DNA of 64,000 nucleotides from Tubiluchus corallicola (GCA_030141605.1 JAQGDQ010000183.1:62001-126000); one strand, 5' to 3'. Positions 34,161 to 47,049 are shown, numbered from the stretch's first letter. Notes: a model not told the origin generated them from the sequence alone. Numbers and translations: made by a program.

Positions 34161-37100
34161 GTATCGTTCGTTTTTTATCCTAACTTTTAGCTATCAGTAA
34201 CAGGTTGACTAGATAAATTAAGTAATCTAATAATGAAATATTAAATTGTAGTAGTAGTGCCTAGTACTAGTCTACAGAGTTGTTACGGCAACTTATTTAG
34301 TAAGTAACGAAGTTTATTAGATACTTACACGTAGCGATAGTAATTAGTTTTTAAGTTGGTATCATGACTTCGTCATATATGTGATAAAATGTGCCTATTT
34401 TGCAATTTAATAATTCTAATAACATTTCGTTATACTGCCCGCACTGTATAGGCTGAACCGTACAGCGAACTTTGCTAGTGCGGTATATGGCGTCCGCTAG
34501 AACTGTAGAATTACATTACTCGCTCTGCTCAATGACTATTAACTGCCTTTTGTAGTAAGTGATTATTGTAAACCAATTAACCCTTAATTGCTTGATTAAT
34601 TAACTGATCAATTAATCCTGTACATTTTTCAGGTCCAGGTTTGACGGAAGCTAAACTGTCCTGGTTACGAGAAGCATTCTATGCCGATCCAAAGAACAGG
34701 CTTGCACAGAATGCTTGCGTGTCGCACGATTTTGGGGAGCTATGTCTGGCACGCCCTGCCGTACAACAAGTGTCTCACTACTTCAACACAAAGGTAATGC
34801 AGGGTAATATCCACAAGTCCTAGTTAGAATAGATGATATGGATTGTGTTAGGTGGTGCAAAAAAATGCGCCAAAGTTTTTGATTACTATAGTATAAGAAG
34901 AAAATGATGGAATAAATTAAAAGTTGCCACATTGATGTTACTGATCCTTTTGTATTTTACAGATCCAGAAATCACTTCTAAGCACTAGCACCCTCTGCTG
35001 TTTCTACCATGAGGGTGCCATCCCATCTAACCTGTCTGTAAATCTAACTGTGTTTTTAGCTCGCACCCACCATGTTTGTTTTGCTTGTTTCACCTCTTTT
35101 CATAATCTCCACTACCATGACCAGTTAGCAAATTGCTTTTCTCGGTGTATACTCGCTAACCATGCACACCCAAAATTTCTAGTACACCGTCAAAGACTTT
35201 CAGAAGTATGTCATTCAACACTTCAAGTATAAATCTCAAAAATTTTATTTCCAAAGATACAAAAGTTTCAAAAAAATACATGCCGGAAAAAACTTTGTGT
35301 TCCTACTGCTTAAATTTACAACAAATGCTCTCTCCGTGTCCATCTTTTTTATTCCAAACTACACAAAGATATTTCCAACAGCTGATACAGTTTTTCACTT
35401 CTTTAAGGGGGATTTGGTCCCAGCAGTTTTTGGCTTCAGTAGCTCCGTGCATGAAAAAAATAATTTGTTTCATTAATTTGATGGTTGTGCCTGTATTGCA
35501 ATGCAATAGGTATCCAAGGAGATCCAATGTAAAATGAATAGTGACACACTTTCGGGCAGTGTACATTGTACACAAGTGTATGCACAGAACAGTGTGCATT
35601 TTCATTTTCCTACAAAATCAAGCACTACTATACCAGGTATACCGCATTTAGAGCGGGAAAAGCCAGTTTCACTTTATATGAATAGTTTACATGAGCAGCT
35701 ATTGCACATTTTCTCTTTAAGAGAATTCCAGATATCATAACACAGGTGAAGATGATCATGTCCCATTTTTTTTCGGCAACAAATGTTTATCAGTGCTTTA
35801 CTTTCTCTGGTGTAAACTGGTTGATTCATTTACTGTTTTGCTCTATATACTAATCATTTTATACGTCACCGAACGTGGCTGTTTCTCAATTTAACCAAAT
35901 AATAATTGATTTTTTAAATAAAAAATTGAAAAATAATTCTCGCTTTTGCTACCTGTTAAAAATACGACTATTTTGCAATATAATATGCCAAAAGGCAGTG
36001 CAGAGTAAAAGTCAATGACGTCTGTACCATTGCATTCATGTAAGATGCGACAAATTATTTTTCACTAATGTTATATCTTGGCTATGCTTCGTTGACATTA
36101 ATCTTCTGTCTTAGCAATGTAGACCATGGTTTTTCAACCTTGGAGTCATGAGCATTTGTTTGCTATGTAAAAAATTGTGCAATTTCAGTAACTGCCTGTG
36201 CTCAAAGAATAAGGTTCAAATAATCATTTTTCCCAATACAAAGATAGTGAAGTGGACAGTCTTTCTTGGTAAATAACGAGTCATGTGCGGTCATTCATTG
36301 TAGAGTTTGAATATTACTTTCCTGAGCTTGTATGTGCAGTGTCCCTTTCGAAGCTCCACTGAACTCAATTTCTGATGAAGAGGATACCGCCCAGGAGGAG
36401 CTTGTCCAGCTGAAGCAAGAGGTTCTTGCACAGTCACTTTTACTGCCCTCATTGTGGCTAAAATGTCACTTCATACCCAACCTTGAAATAAAAGTTTTGA
36501 TGCCTTATCCTTCCTCCTACTTACGCGAACAGTCATTTTCTACTATTTTAGTTTGTCAAAAACAAGTGCAGAAATCGGCTACAGTTGGAACACGATATGA
36601 TGTCAACTACTGCATCTCGAATTGAAAAGTTTTTCTTTAAAAAGCAAGCTCAACCTTCTCCCTGATTAAAACCTGGCTTTAGGCTTACTTCCATTAGTTC
36701 TTTTATGATATTAATGTGTTAAAGCTTGTGTGCGAAATGAATTATCTATTATCTATGTAGTCGTTTGTGAAACAGGAGATTTGGCCAAAAAAGGTACCTA
36801 GAGATTGAAATATAACTAAACTCAAGACAAACAGGAAGAAGCCCACAGGAAAGTAGCTTTTTAGCATTTTAGTAGATTTTAGTAGAGCAGATTTGCGTAT
36901 GTGGTGTGTAAGTAAGTTTTTTATTTCAATAATATTAATGATCATCATATCAAAGATTGGAGACATAGAAATATCTGTCAGGTCACTAAATTGTGCTTAG
37001 CGGCTAGGCGAATCTGCCAAGTTCATAAATTTCATTATCAGAAATTTTTTTATTCTGAAATTTTTCAATAATTTTTGGTGCCGTACTTGGGAACACTCAT

Positions 37101-40100
37101 CCATGTTGAGCTATGGCTCCCTGCATGTTACACATCTGATAAATTTCATAATCGCTGCCATGTCTTACTCTAAAGTTCTGTGATTATAGCCCCAGTGAAT
37201 CCCTATGCTTGTAGCCTAATATTTTAATCATAATCATATCAATCATTGTACTATACAAATGAAGTCAAAAGAGCGTTTGCCTAACTTTTATTATTTAAAA
37301 CATCTTTTTTAAACATTTTAAAACAAATATTTCTCAGTAGTTATAAAAAGCCCTTTTGATGTACATGTTCTCATCTCTTTCGAATGGTCAGAGGGGGGGA
37401 GCGTGCAATGTAGGCAGCTGATGCACTTCATGACTGTCACCACCATGACTGTGTATGAATGATTCACGTAGTCAGACATTGTGATTGATTGATTTTTTTA
37501 GGTGGAGTCGGAGTGTAAGCCAGTGTCAAATCAGAAGAGTAGTGGTCGCTGTTGGATATTTGCTCTAGTGAACATCATACGAATGCCTTTCATGAAGAAG
37601 TTTAATCTAGATGAATTCGAATTTAGTCAAACGTACCTGTATTTTTGGAACAAGGTGCGTAGTTGATTTAAAAAACTAACGTAATATAACAGTCAGGTTT
37701 CTTTTGTAATTGTAAATGCAGCGTAAACTCATTCAAAGGTTGTTTGTGATTGAAGATGTAATGCAATTCTCTGAATGCTTTTGTATCAATCGTAGGACCC
37801 ATCAGTTTAAAAAGGTATATTGCTTTTGTATCAATCGTAGGACCGATAAGTTTAAAAAGGTATATTGCTTTTGTATCAATCGTAGGACCCATAAGTTTAA
37901 AAAGGTATATTGCTTTTGTATCAATCGTAGGACCCATAAGTTTAAAAAGGTATATTGCTTTTGTATCAATCGTAGGACCCATAAGTTTAAAAAGGTATAT
38001 TGCTTTTGTATCAATTGTAGGACCCGTAAGTTTAAAAGGTATATTGCTTTCGTATCAATCGTAGGACCTATAAGTTTAAAAGGGTATATTCTATGCAACC
38101 GTAGGATATCTTACATGTATTGCTGATTATTGAAGGACAAGAAATTGGCCAACCAAAGTAAGCGTCAGAAAATTTGCAATAAAAAATTATGTCACCTAAG
38201 TATAATCTTAGGCGCATAAAGTTCTCACGTTTTTGCATTTACTCCATATTTTGTAAAATATTGCAACCACAGTAAACGTTGGTGCAGACATGTTTCATTT
38301 AGTCTGCCAATTGAAAAGCCAGCACCTGGCTGATCAAGTGGCATGACATCACTCGAACACAGTCGCAGTGAGTACTGAGCACGTGTACTGTGACACCACC
38401 TGATATGGCGCCCCCGTGACAGTCTAGCGGGAGTATTTAAAATGAAAACAAACAGGAAATTCTTTTAACATGAGTATGATAAACGCTTAAGATACCTTTA
38501 ACCGTTATATTTCTTTAATGAAAATTTTTGTGAGACTTGCTTTAACTAGCACTATAGTAAGACATACAGAAACTCGAATATAGTTTTAGTAATACCCGCT
38601 TATCAATAACATGTCTAGAGAAGCAGTCACTCATCCGTCACAAATAACTTATCACTTATCTTAACTGAGAAACACTTTGAGAAATGGACAGTGTGACCGT
38701 CTAAACCTCTGAAGTTAAAGCGAAAAAATGTCAATTCAACGAATTTTCCCGAACAGTGCTGCAGCTCTGGTGGATAAACTAAGCCTAACCAGACATTGGC
38801 ATACCAGTCTACCAGCAAGATGGTTTGACCTTGTGATAACGCTTTCGTTCTGGGAGGTCGAGAGTTCAATACAGCAGCCAGTCATACCAAAGACTTTAAA
38901 AATGGTACCTGCTGTTACCCTGCCTGGCGCGTGGCATTTAGGGTAAAAATGGGGTAATAATAATCTCTGTTACGAAGTTGTAGGTTGTTATTTACAATCG
39001 GCAATAATAGCTCTTTGAGCTAAAATTAAGTTAACTTTAAAAGCCAACTTTAAGTTAAGATTATTACTATATTATTTTATTACCCGTCTACAAGCAAAAT
39101 CTGTATTCCTGCAAAACACGTAAGGCTGGAAATTTTACTGTGGCTAACATTCGAAACAGTTCCGACTCATAATTAAATTTATAGGTTATCCGAGGTAATT
39201 ATTATTTGATCTAAGGTATGATTTAGGAGAAGCTATTGTAGTTTTCAATATTATAGAGCATTCTTTATTCTGAACTAATGTTTGCACAAATATCCGGTTT
39301 TCCTTTAAAACTTCAAAGTTTGATTCCAGCTGGTAGTTTCAAATTAATAATGTTACAGATTGAAAGAGCGAATTACTTCCTGAATGCGTGGGTGGACACA
39401 GCAATGAAGGGGGAGGCCGTAGATGGAAGGTTGCTCTCTTTCCTCTTGAAAAGTCCCTGCCAGGACGGGGGACAGTGGGATATGCTGGTAAACGTGGTCA
39501 ATAAGTACGGACTCATTCCGAAAAAATGCTTTCCGGAGGCTCATTCCTCAACGGCCAGTGCTCGACTGACCCACTTACTCAACAATTTGGTATGTAGCTT
39601 GTTTTTGACTTTGTTTTTGATACTGCATTAAATCTAGTTACAGATAAATGTGAATATGGTCAACACTTTAAAGTTGAACAGGAACCAGTTTAAAGCAAAA
39701 CCAAACACAATCTTAAACTGTAGGTCAAAGCAATTTACTCTTTAAAATGTTGAAAAAGAAACTTTATATTTTTTTCAAAAATGACTTACGTAAAACAATT
39801 ATTACCGCACAAACACAATGTTATTCAAACAGTAGATGTGATATTATTGATAAGAAAAACATAATAGAATTCCTTAGAAAGAAAAACATAATTATTCCTG
39901 CATGAAAAAACCTTACGTGTTGGTAATATTGTGATGGCATACGTAAGCAAGAGCAGAAACGTGTGTGACTACTCTCGGGCGCGGTCGGTTACGCTTGGCT
40001 CTACTCGGCTCGCCGCACATGCATTTATCACATGCTTGGCGGTTGGTCGAGTACCGAAATTCTGGTCGAGAACGGAGACAATTTCAGCTCAAATTTTCTG

Positions 40101-43100
40101 GTCGAAAACCGATTTGTACGAGGACTGAGACATTCGAAAACCGAGGTATGACTGTATAATCATTACATTTATCGTGTTTTGTTACAGCTACGCAAAGACT
40201 GCCTGATTTTACGTCAGATGGTGGAAGAGAAGAAATCGGAAAGAGAAATACACACCCGCAAAACTGAAATGCTACAAGAGGTCTCTGCTAATTTTGAGAT
40301 ATTGCTTTTTTTGATCAAATGTGTTGGCTTTCTTTATACAGTTAATTGTGCTGTTCCACACTTCACGTATGTTCTTTGTAGAAATTGTGACAATGTTCAA
40401 TTAGATGTAAAAACTTTGGAAAGAACAAGTGTCTGGCTTGACGAGCAATTCTTCAAACTTGCTCAGTGTATTTTAATGACTAATGTAACCAGGTTTGTCT
40501 CTAAGTAGTTTGAGGCCCAAGCTCAATGGTTCTTAACCTGGGGTCCTGGTACCCCCTGTGGAAACTAAACACCTTGCCAGGGGGGTACCAAACACAGATC
40601 TGGTTTATCAATAATTTTGTCCTGAGGGCGACTCAGAAAAAGATATAAGTGTCTCAAAGCTAAACAAAGAGGATAAAGTAGTTGAACCCTGACCCCAGTC
40701 GTTAAAACGTTTATTGTTAAAACATACTTTTACTAAATAGGTAAATAGGTTTGACACTGAGAACCGCCTGAACCACTACTTCCGCAGAAATTGTGACGCA
40801 CTTTGTATTAAATAATTTACAATGTTAAGCCGGACTTGTACCGCAGATATAGTGTGAGCATGCAGTGTATGCAGTGTAGCAGTTCCTATATTGTTCCTAT
40901 ATACATACTTTTTGTGAATTTCTACAAGGGGTACCAAATGACTTTGTTCGTCTTCAGGCGGTACCAGCAATGAAAAAGGTTAAGAACCAATGCTCTAGGC
41001 AAAAGTATTTATAGCAACTCCTCCCCAACGGTCAACTCCACGGTCCCCACCTTCTTCCCGGTGTTGAATCTTGCATACTGTTATAATGGCATTTGTGTGT
41101 TAGGCCTATGCACGTATTATAGTGTACTAATTAACCCTTATAGCGTCACACGGGGGGTAAAAATTACCCCCAGACCGGGTTTTTGCATTTTATTGTTTTA
41201 CCATACGCATCCCAGTAATCCTTTTCTATGACTTTTTCTAAATATGATTTGCACACAAAATACTTTCAGTTATTTATTTTAGGCGCATTGTCTCACCACG
41301 AAATAAAAGTGAAAATGCAATATGTCGATTTTTTAAAATTGTCAGAACTTTACTTTGCTTGTCTATACATTATACGGGCATCTTATCTGATATGTCAGTT
41401 ACTCAAATTACTCCACCTAAAAGAAGAAAATAGTAGACAATAAATTCAAAATAACAATGATTTTTGCACAAGCGCTAACAATGTCGGTTGTCTACAGTTA
41501 TTCCAGCATAGATAAGGGAACGTAACTAAGTGATTTTAAATTTCGTATTACTAGTAAGCCACATGTCTTTAAGCAGAGGTATAATGTATCCAATGGTGGT
41601 CAGCATAACCACAAATTGTGCTGTTGCTGTTTACTAATGAAACACGGCAGTTTATCGAAAGTAATTTACGAATTATGGTGGGGGTAATTTTTTACCAAAA
41701 TCGGTTGTAAAAAATCGTAATCGCTAAGGGTTTTTTTACCTTTTGTTTAATGCATTCCATCTTGAAAACTTTGATTCTCAGTTAGTTAGGTGAATGCTAC
41801 TTTAAGAAGTTTTTTTATTAACGGGAAGGTCATGACGTAAGCACTTATCCTAATGCATCATATGCATTCATTTTAATAGAATGCAGAACAATCAACTAAA
41901 CACACGTTTTGTCAATGATGTTGTGATTTTGTGTACAGTATGGTGGAATGCACCTGGCTTCTGAACTCTGATAGGCTGGTTAGCATTACTTATTGTGAAG
42001 CAACCCTAATCCCACGGTTGTTAAGCTTTTCTACAATGTTTTGCATGGCCCTTGAAGTGAAATAAGCATACCTGGGCGACTGCGCTTAGTACTGAGTTTG
42101 GACAGCAGTCTACCGCCTTCCGTCCCTTACAACGGCAGCAGTGTGCAACCTTTCATAGTGAAAAGGTTAATTTTCTAAGTTAGAAACCGTGTGCAGAAGC
42201 TGTGGAATGCAGGTCAGTCATGTCAGAAATGATGTAATCTTGGGAAGCCATATAAAGCAAAAATAGAAAATATTTTGCTACGGGAATACACTTGCTGGCT
42301 GGCATCAATGAGTCAACGTTCGACAGGAAACTAACAGAATTTTTGGCTTTGTTTGTGGTTATGATGATCGCAGGCCTCAGAAGAGTAGTATCTGATTTTC
42401 AATCTAAGTATGCAACTTATTCGATTCATTTGATTTGTGTTGTGCACTTGAGGAACTACATGCACACTATGCTATTACTTGTAGTAAACTTAAAAAATGA
42501 ACCTTTTCACTACGGAGGGCGGCACTGCAGACTACCACCCTAGCTCAGCATTAAGTGCAGATCTGGTTATTTCACTCATGCAAAACATTGTAGAAAAGTT
42601 TAACAGCCGTGGCATTGACGATCCGTAGAAAGAGCAGCAGTAAGCGTGAAACAATTTAAACAATCCTCGTTCATCTGTCACCAACTTATGGCTGCTTGAC
42701 TAAGCACACAAACATTTCGAAGGTTCTCCATTTGTGTACAGCTATGAGTTTATGTTCCAGGTTTACGTGTGTTACGGGCTGATTCAATGATGATGTTTTG
42801 TATATGTCATAGCTTGTATACTCACAAAAATAATGGCGGGGGCTCTCAGTCGAACTGTTGCAGCTATAAGAAGGGTCATCGATATATTCCTAGAAAATTT
42901 GTGAAAAATATGCAATGAACCTATTTGTTCAAATCTGATAAATTAAAACTATAAATAGCTGCCATACATAATTTGACGTTGAGCTTTAACAGCCTGTAAA
43001 ACAGATGTTTGATACAGCAAATGTGTTGGCGGAAGGCGAGGTTGGAGGTGTTCCCTGTATTTAATACATTATGACAATCGGGACAAGGCAAAAGTTGGAA

Positions 43101-46100
43101 TGATTTCTCACGTTTACTGAACAGTCTCTGATCGGTATGAAACTCATTCACTACTGTTAAACGTGTATTATTATCCTTCATTTTTGTTAGATATATAACG
43201 TATGTGGAATCTGTCTGGGAATTCCTCCCGAAGAATTCACTTGGGAATGTTACGATAAGGACAAGAAATTCATCAGCATCGGTCCAATAACACCTTTGGA
43301 CTTCTACAATGAACACATAAAACCAGTTTTCAATATGGACGATAAGGTTAGTCAGACAACTTTACTTAGTATGTTTGTAGTACAATTCAATGAAACGACG
43401 GATAATAAATCCAACCACTTATGCTGGAACGGAACTGCATAATACTTTAACCTAGTAAAATCTGCCATTTATTAAATCTGGATTCTATTTTATAAATCCA
43501 CTTTGCATGCATGAAGACAACAAAATTGTAATGTAACACTAAAAGATTGTCCCATATATAACTTGAGCTAGATCAGCATCTTTGTTATAATCTATATATG
43601 TCTGGATGCACAGCAAAATCGTCCGTAAGTCGACAATTAAATTTTCATGAAGTATTGATTAATACACCCTCGAGTATATTCATCAGCCAGTCGGTGTTTT
43701 CCAGGTTTGTTTGGTGAACGATCCGAGACCGGAGAATCCGTACGACAAACTGTACACTGTGGAGTATCTTGGCAACATGATTGATGGAAAGATGACGTTG
43801 TACATCAATCAATCAATAGATGTTTTGAAAAAACTGGCAGCTGAATCGATCAAAAATAACCAGGTAAATTTCTGTCCAATGAGTGCTGTTTGCAGAAGTG
43901 GGGTTGCATTTTTCGTCAAAAAATATTTGATGGTGTTCTCAAGTGTACTCAGGCTCTGCACTTAGTCTAATAGCTGTTACTCTTTAAACATGGATGATTT
44001 AGAAGGAGTTTACAATTCCTCAAACAATTTGAATATTCTTACCCCAATCCCTAACTGGGGTTACCATATTGTCTGAGTTGAAAAAGAGGGTACTTGGCAT
44101 TCATTTCATCTGTAACTGCACACTGTTGTTTTGGCATTGCTACTTTCTAATTAACTTTTACCAGTTGTGCTCAAAACTGCAAAACAGCGAAACTATACAA
44201 ATTTAAAGAAATTCGCATAAAAACAAACAAAACGGCTCCCGGAAGCTGACGTCATTTTAAGTCATTAGCGAATACGCCGAGTATCGACAGCGGTGTGAGT
44301 CGCGTGACCCATAGTGATGTGCGCATCGCTTACTTTTGTTCAGTAAATATGTATACAAAGCTTTTACAAGGGTTGCATTTTGAGATGTTAACAACATCTT
44401 GTTTTGAAAATTAACGAGCTTTTCTTTGTCTCGTACTGTCATACGCCTCTGTAGTTGGCGACGTCCGTGCTTACTTACGGATTGAGGCAAAACGCGGACA
44501 AACTGCCGATTTTTTGAAAACCCGCCCGGACAGAGGCCCAAAAAGAGGACGTGTCCGGGGAAACCCGGACGTATGGTAACCCTATTCCTAACCATATTCC
44601 TCACCCTAACGTTCATCTCAACACTAACCCTAATCCCTAACCCCAACCTTCATCCCAGCCCTAACCCTAATCCCTAACCCCAACCCTAACCCTAATCCTT
44701 AACCCCAACCTTCATCCTAGCCCTAACCCTAATCCCTATCCCCAACCATAACCCTAACCTTAATCCCAACACTTTTCTTATTTTGCTGAGATGAAATTTG
44801 ATTAATTTGATTTTCCAGGCTGTCTGGTTTGGATGTGATGTGGGCAAACATTTCAATAGAAAACTTGGAACATTGGACACTGATTTGTACGTATAGGATA
44901 AAAGTGATTAAATTAAATTAAGTGAGAGTGATTAAAGTGATTAAATTAAATTAAGTGACAGTGATTATAGTGATTAGGTTAAATTAAGTGACAGTGATTA
45001 AAGTGATTAAATTAAATTAAGTGACAGTGATCAAATTAAATTAAGTGATAGTGATTAAATTAAATTAATTGACAGTGATTAAAGTGATTAGATTAAATTA
45101 AGTGACAGTGATCAAATTAAATTAAGTGATAGTGATTAAATTAAATTAAGTGACAGTGATTAAAGTGATTAAGTTAAATTAAGTGACAGTGATTAAAGTA
45201 ATTAAATTAAATTAAGTGACAGTGATTAAGTTAAATTAAGTGACAGTGATTAAAGTAATTAAATTAAATTAAGTGACAGTGATTAAAGTGATTAAATTAA
45301 ATTAAGTGACAGTGATTAAAGTGATTAAATTAAATGAAGTGACAGTGATTAAAGTGATTAAATTAAAATAAGTGACAGTGATTAAAGTTATTAAATCAAA
45401 TTAAGTGACAGTGATTGAAGTGATTAAATTAAATTAAGTGACAGTGATTAAAGTGATTAAATTAAATTAAGTGACAGTGATTAAAGTAATTAAATTAAAT
45501 TAAGTGACAGTGATTAAAGTGATTAAATTAACTTAAGTGGCAGTGATTAAATTAAATTAAGTGACAATGGTTAAAGCAGTTTTTCTGAAACCTACTTCAG
45601 GAACCCCTTTCTTGTCCTTCAAATATTTCAACAAATTCCCAGTCTCATGGGCATTTTCATGTAATTTTTTATCGGATTTTTTTAAAATGATGCTCCGCAT
45701 AATCTTCCTACTGCCATTTTGTCCATTTGTATTTCAGACACGACTATGAGCTCATGTTTGGTGTAAACTTATTGGAGATTAGCAAAGGCGATAGACTCAT
45801 ATACGGGGACATGTGCATGACACACGCCATGGTGTTTACTGCGGTTTCTATAGAGGTAAGGAAGATCTTACACTTATTTCACACCGTTCCAGAGAAATGT
45901 CGGTTAAATAGGGAGGGGGTTAGGGTCAGGAAGGGCATCCGCCTGTAAAAACTACGCCAAAACTGTCTATGAATGAGTCGGTGAGACTTAAAGGGAAAGT
46001 CCACAAAGAAGTGGTCAGACCCGCTCTAATCTATGGGCTGGAAGCAGCTTCTCTAAAGAAGACCGAAGGGAAGAAAATGGGTGTGGTGGAGATGAGGATG

Positions 46101-46783
46101 TTGAGATGGATGGTGGGAATATCAAGAAGAGATAAATTAGAAATAATAATATCAGAGGAACAGTAAAAGTGGTGGAAGCCTCGCAAGATTGCGATGGAAT
46201 GGACACCTGAAAAGAAGAGTCGGTGAAGATCATGTGGGAAGGGAAGACATAAATGAAGAGATGGTCAACAACAGGAATGCGTGGAGACGACTCATTCACA
46301 ACGGCGACCCCGCATAGGGAAAAGCTGGGAAGAAGAAGAAGATTATAAGTCTTTTATTTACCTCTATTTGCAGGTACAAATACATATACAATCAACATAC
46401 AAAGTATAATAAGTAATATAAATAACAGTGGGCTTATATATCTGTAATGATACCCGTTTGTTCTGATGCTTTTGTGTGATGTATCGTTCTTTATGTACAT
46501 TGTGTTGTATTGTGTTGTTCGTCAGTAAACTTAGAATTATGATTTACATTAACTTGATGCGCATGTGTTTCAGGGCGACAAAACATCAAAATGGAGGGTG
46601 GAGAATTCATGGGGCGACGACGTCGGCGAGAAGGGGTATCTAAACATGACCGACGAATGGTTTTCAAACTTTGTCCTCGAAGTTGTCGTCGACAAGCAGT
46701 TTGTACCGCCATCTGTTATGGAAATTCTTGAACAAACTCCTAAGGTTCTTCCCGCTTGGGATCCAATGGGTGCCTTGGCGTAA
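34127..46783 (+). CDS. BLMH: Bleomycin hydrolase (peptidase C1B; 10-exon gene span, 460 aa)
   Basis: Exons 34127-34160, 34633-34793, 37502-37654, 39359-39589, 40188-40280, 43191-43346, 43705-43863, 44819-44886, 45738-45855, 46574-46783 join in frame (1383 nt). Catalytic motifs NQKSSGRCWIF, MTHAMV, VENSWG; C-terminus PAWDPMGALA. Confidence 0.96.
34633..34793 (+). CDS. BLMH: BLMH exon 2
   Basis: PGLTEAKLSWLREAFYADPKNRLAQNAC..VSHYFNTK. Confidence 0.92.
35276..35780 (-). mobile_element. Decayed Tc1/mariner-like remnant
   Basis: TGCCGGAAAAAA / TTTTTTCGGCA inverted ends; the minus frame WDQIPLKEVKNCISCWKYL..DGH resembles Tc1-family transposase C-termini. Confidence 0.4.
36124..36670 (+). mobile_element. 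hAT (Buster/Charlie-like) transposase remnant
   Basis: CATGGTTTTTCAACCTTGG terminus; QEELVQLK..LMPYPSSYLREQSFST resembles the hAT dimerisation motif (PF.STYLCE..FS). Confidence 0.7.
37502..37654 (+). CDS. BLMH: BLMH exon 3
   Basis: KPVSNQKSSGRCWIFA..FEFSQTYLYFWNK (catalytic Cys). Confidence 0.97.
37776..38090. repeat. 45-bp tandem repeat, about 7 units
   Basis: Unit TGCTTTTGTATCAATCGTAGGACCCATAAGTTTAAAAAGGTATAT. Confidence 0.96.
38811..39080 (+). mobile_element. tRNA-derived SINE, probably Meta-type central domain
   Basis: Degenerate B box GGAGGTCGAGAGTTCAAT, then GTCATACCAAAGACTTTAAAAATGGTACC..TGCCTGGCGC and a (TTA)-rich tail; domain name is from memory. Confidence 0.6.
39359..39589 (+). 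CDS. BLMH: BLMH exon 4
   Basis: IERANYFL..DGGQWDMLVNVVNKYGLIPKKCFPE. Confidence 0.97.
40188..40280 (+). CDS. BLMH: BLMH exon 5
   Basis: LRKDCLILRQMV..KTEMLQE; weak donor GTCTCT. Confidence 0.88.
40524..40992. mobile_element. hAT-type MITE
   Basis: TIRs CAATGGTTCTTAACCT / AGGTTAAGAACCAATG. Confidence 0.8.
41135..41730. mobile_element. piggyBac-type MITE
   Basis: TTAA|CCCTTATAGCG ... CGCTAAGGG; subterminal inverted motifs GGTAAAAATTACCCC / GGGGTAATTTTTTACC. Confidence 0.6.
42012..42613. mobile_element. Foldback MITE with 130-170 bp imperfect inverted arms
   Basis: CCACGGTTGTTAAGCTTTTCTACAATGTTTTGCATG versus CATGCAAAACATTGTAGAAAAGTTTAACAGCCGTGG; inner AGTGAAAAGGTT / AACCTTTTCACT. Confidence 0.75.
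43191..43346 (+). CDS. BLMH: BLMH exon 6
   Basis: ICLGIPPEEFTWECYDKDK..GPITPLDFYNEHIKPVFNMDDK. Confidence 0.96.
43705..43863 (+). CDS. BLMH: BLMH exon 7
   Basis: VCLVNDPRPENPYDKLYTVEYLGNM. Confidence 0.97.
44056..44584. mobile_element. hAT-type MITE with 8-bp TSD
   Basis: TIR T(G/A)GGGTTACCATA; flanks TCCCTAAC / TTCCTAAC (7 of 8 match). Confidence 0.8.
44585..44770. repeat. Degenerate (CCCTAA)n tract
   Basis: CCCTAA/CCCCAA/TCCTAA units; intronic. Confidence 0.85.
44819..44886 (+). CDS. BLMH: BLMH exon 8
   Basis: AVWFGCDVGKHFNRKLGTLDTD. Confidence 0.96.
44902..45567. repeat. 33/24-bp AT-rich minisatellite
   Basis: Unit AAGTGATTAAATTAAATTAAGTGACAGTGATTA, starting about 15 bp after the exon 8 donor. 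Confidence 0.95.
45738..45855 (+). CDS. BLMH: BLMH exon 9
   Basis: HDYELMFGV..RLIYGDMCMTHAMVFTAVS (catalytic His). Confidence 0.96.
45880..46342 (+). mobile_element. Internally deleted RTE LINE (5'-UTR motif plus 3' end)
   Basis: GGAAGGGCATCCGCCTGTAAAAAC, then LKGKVHKEVVRPALIYGLE..EMRMLRWMVG, then GGCGACCCCGCATAGGG and a (GAA)n tail. Confidence 0.85.
46574..46783 (+). CDS. BLMH: BLMH exon 10 (last)
   Basis: KWRVENSWGDDVGEKGYLNMTDEWF..LPAWDPMGALA*. Confidence 0.97.
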   Translation, partial: GDKTSKWRVENSWGDDVGEKGYLNMTDEWFSNFVLEVVVDKQFVPPSVMEILEQTPKVLPAWDPMGALA

Positions 46784-47049
46784 CGTGACGTGTTTTGATG
46801 AGATTTAAAAAACGAGTATTTATGCAAATGCTTGTTTCCCCGGAACTACATCTTTCACTGCCTCCATATTTACTGTAATGAAACGACTAGCAATTATTTT
46901 GATTGAATTAATATTAATGGTAATTATTTAATTTAAAAATGGGTCAAATGAAATCAAATGGAAATAGAATTAGTTAGGGTTGTGAGCTGTGGCAACTAAT
47001 GTTCAGATGGTCATCGACTTATGACCACATTTGGTTCTGGCGAATTGTA

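Noticed and set aside
34488-34560. Alternative BLMH first exon starting ATGGCGTCC
   Set aside because: The frame hits a stop, and the nearby GTAAGT donor gives phase 2 whereas exon 2 needs phase 1; not fully excluded as a UTR exon.
44585-44770. True telomere or chromosome fusion point
   Set aside because: Short, degenerate, single orientation and inside an intact gene's intron.
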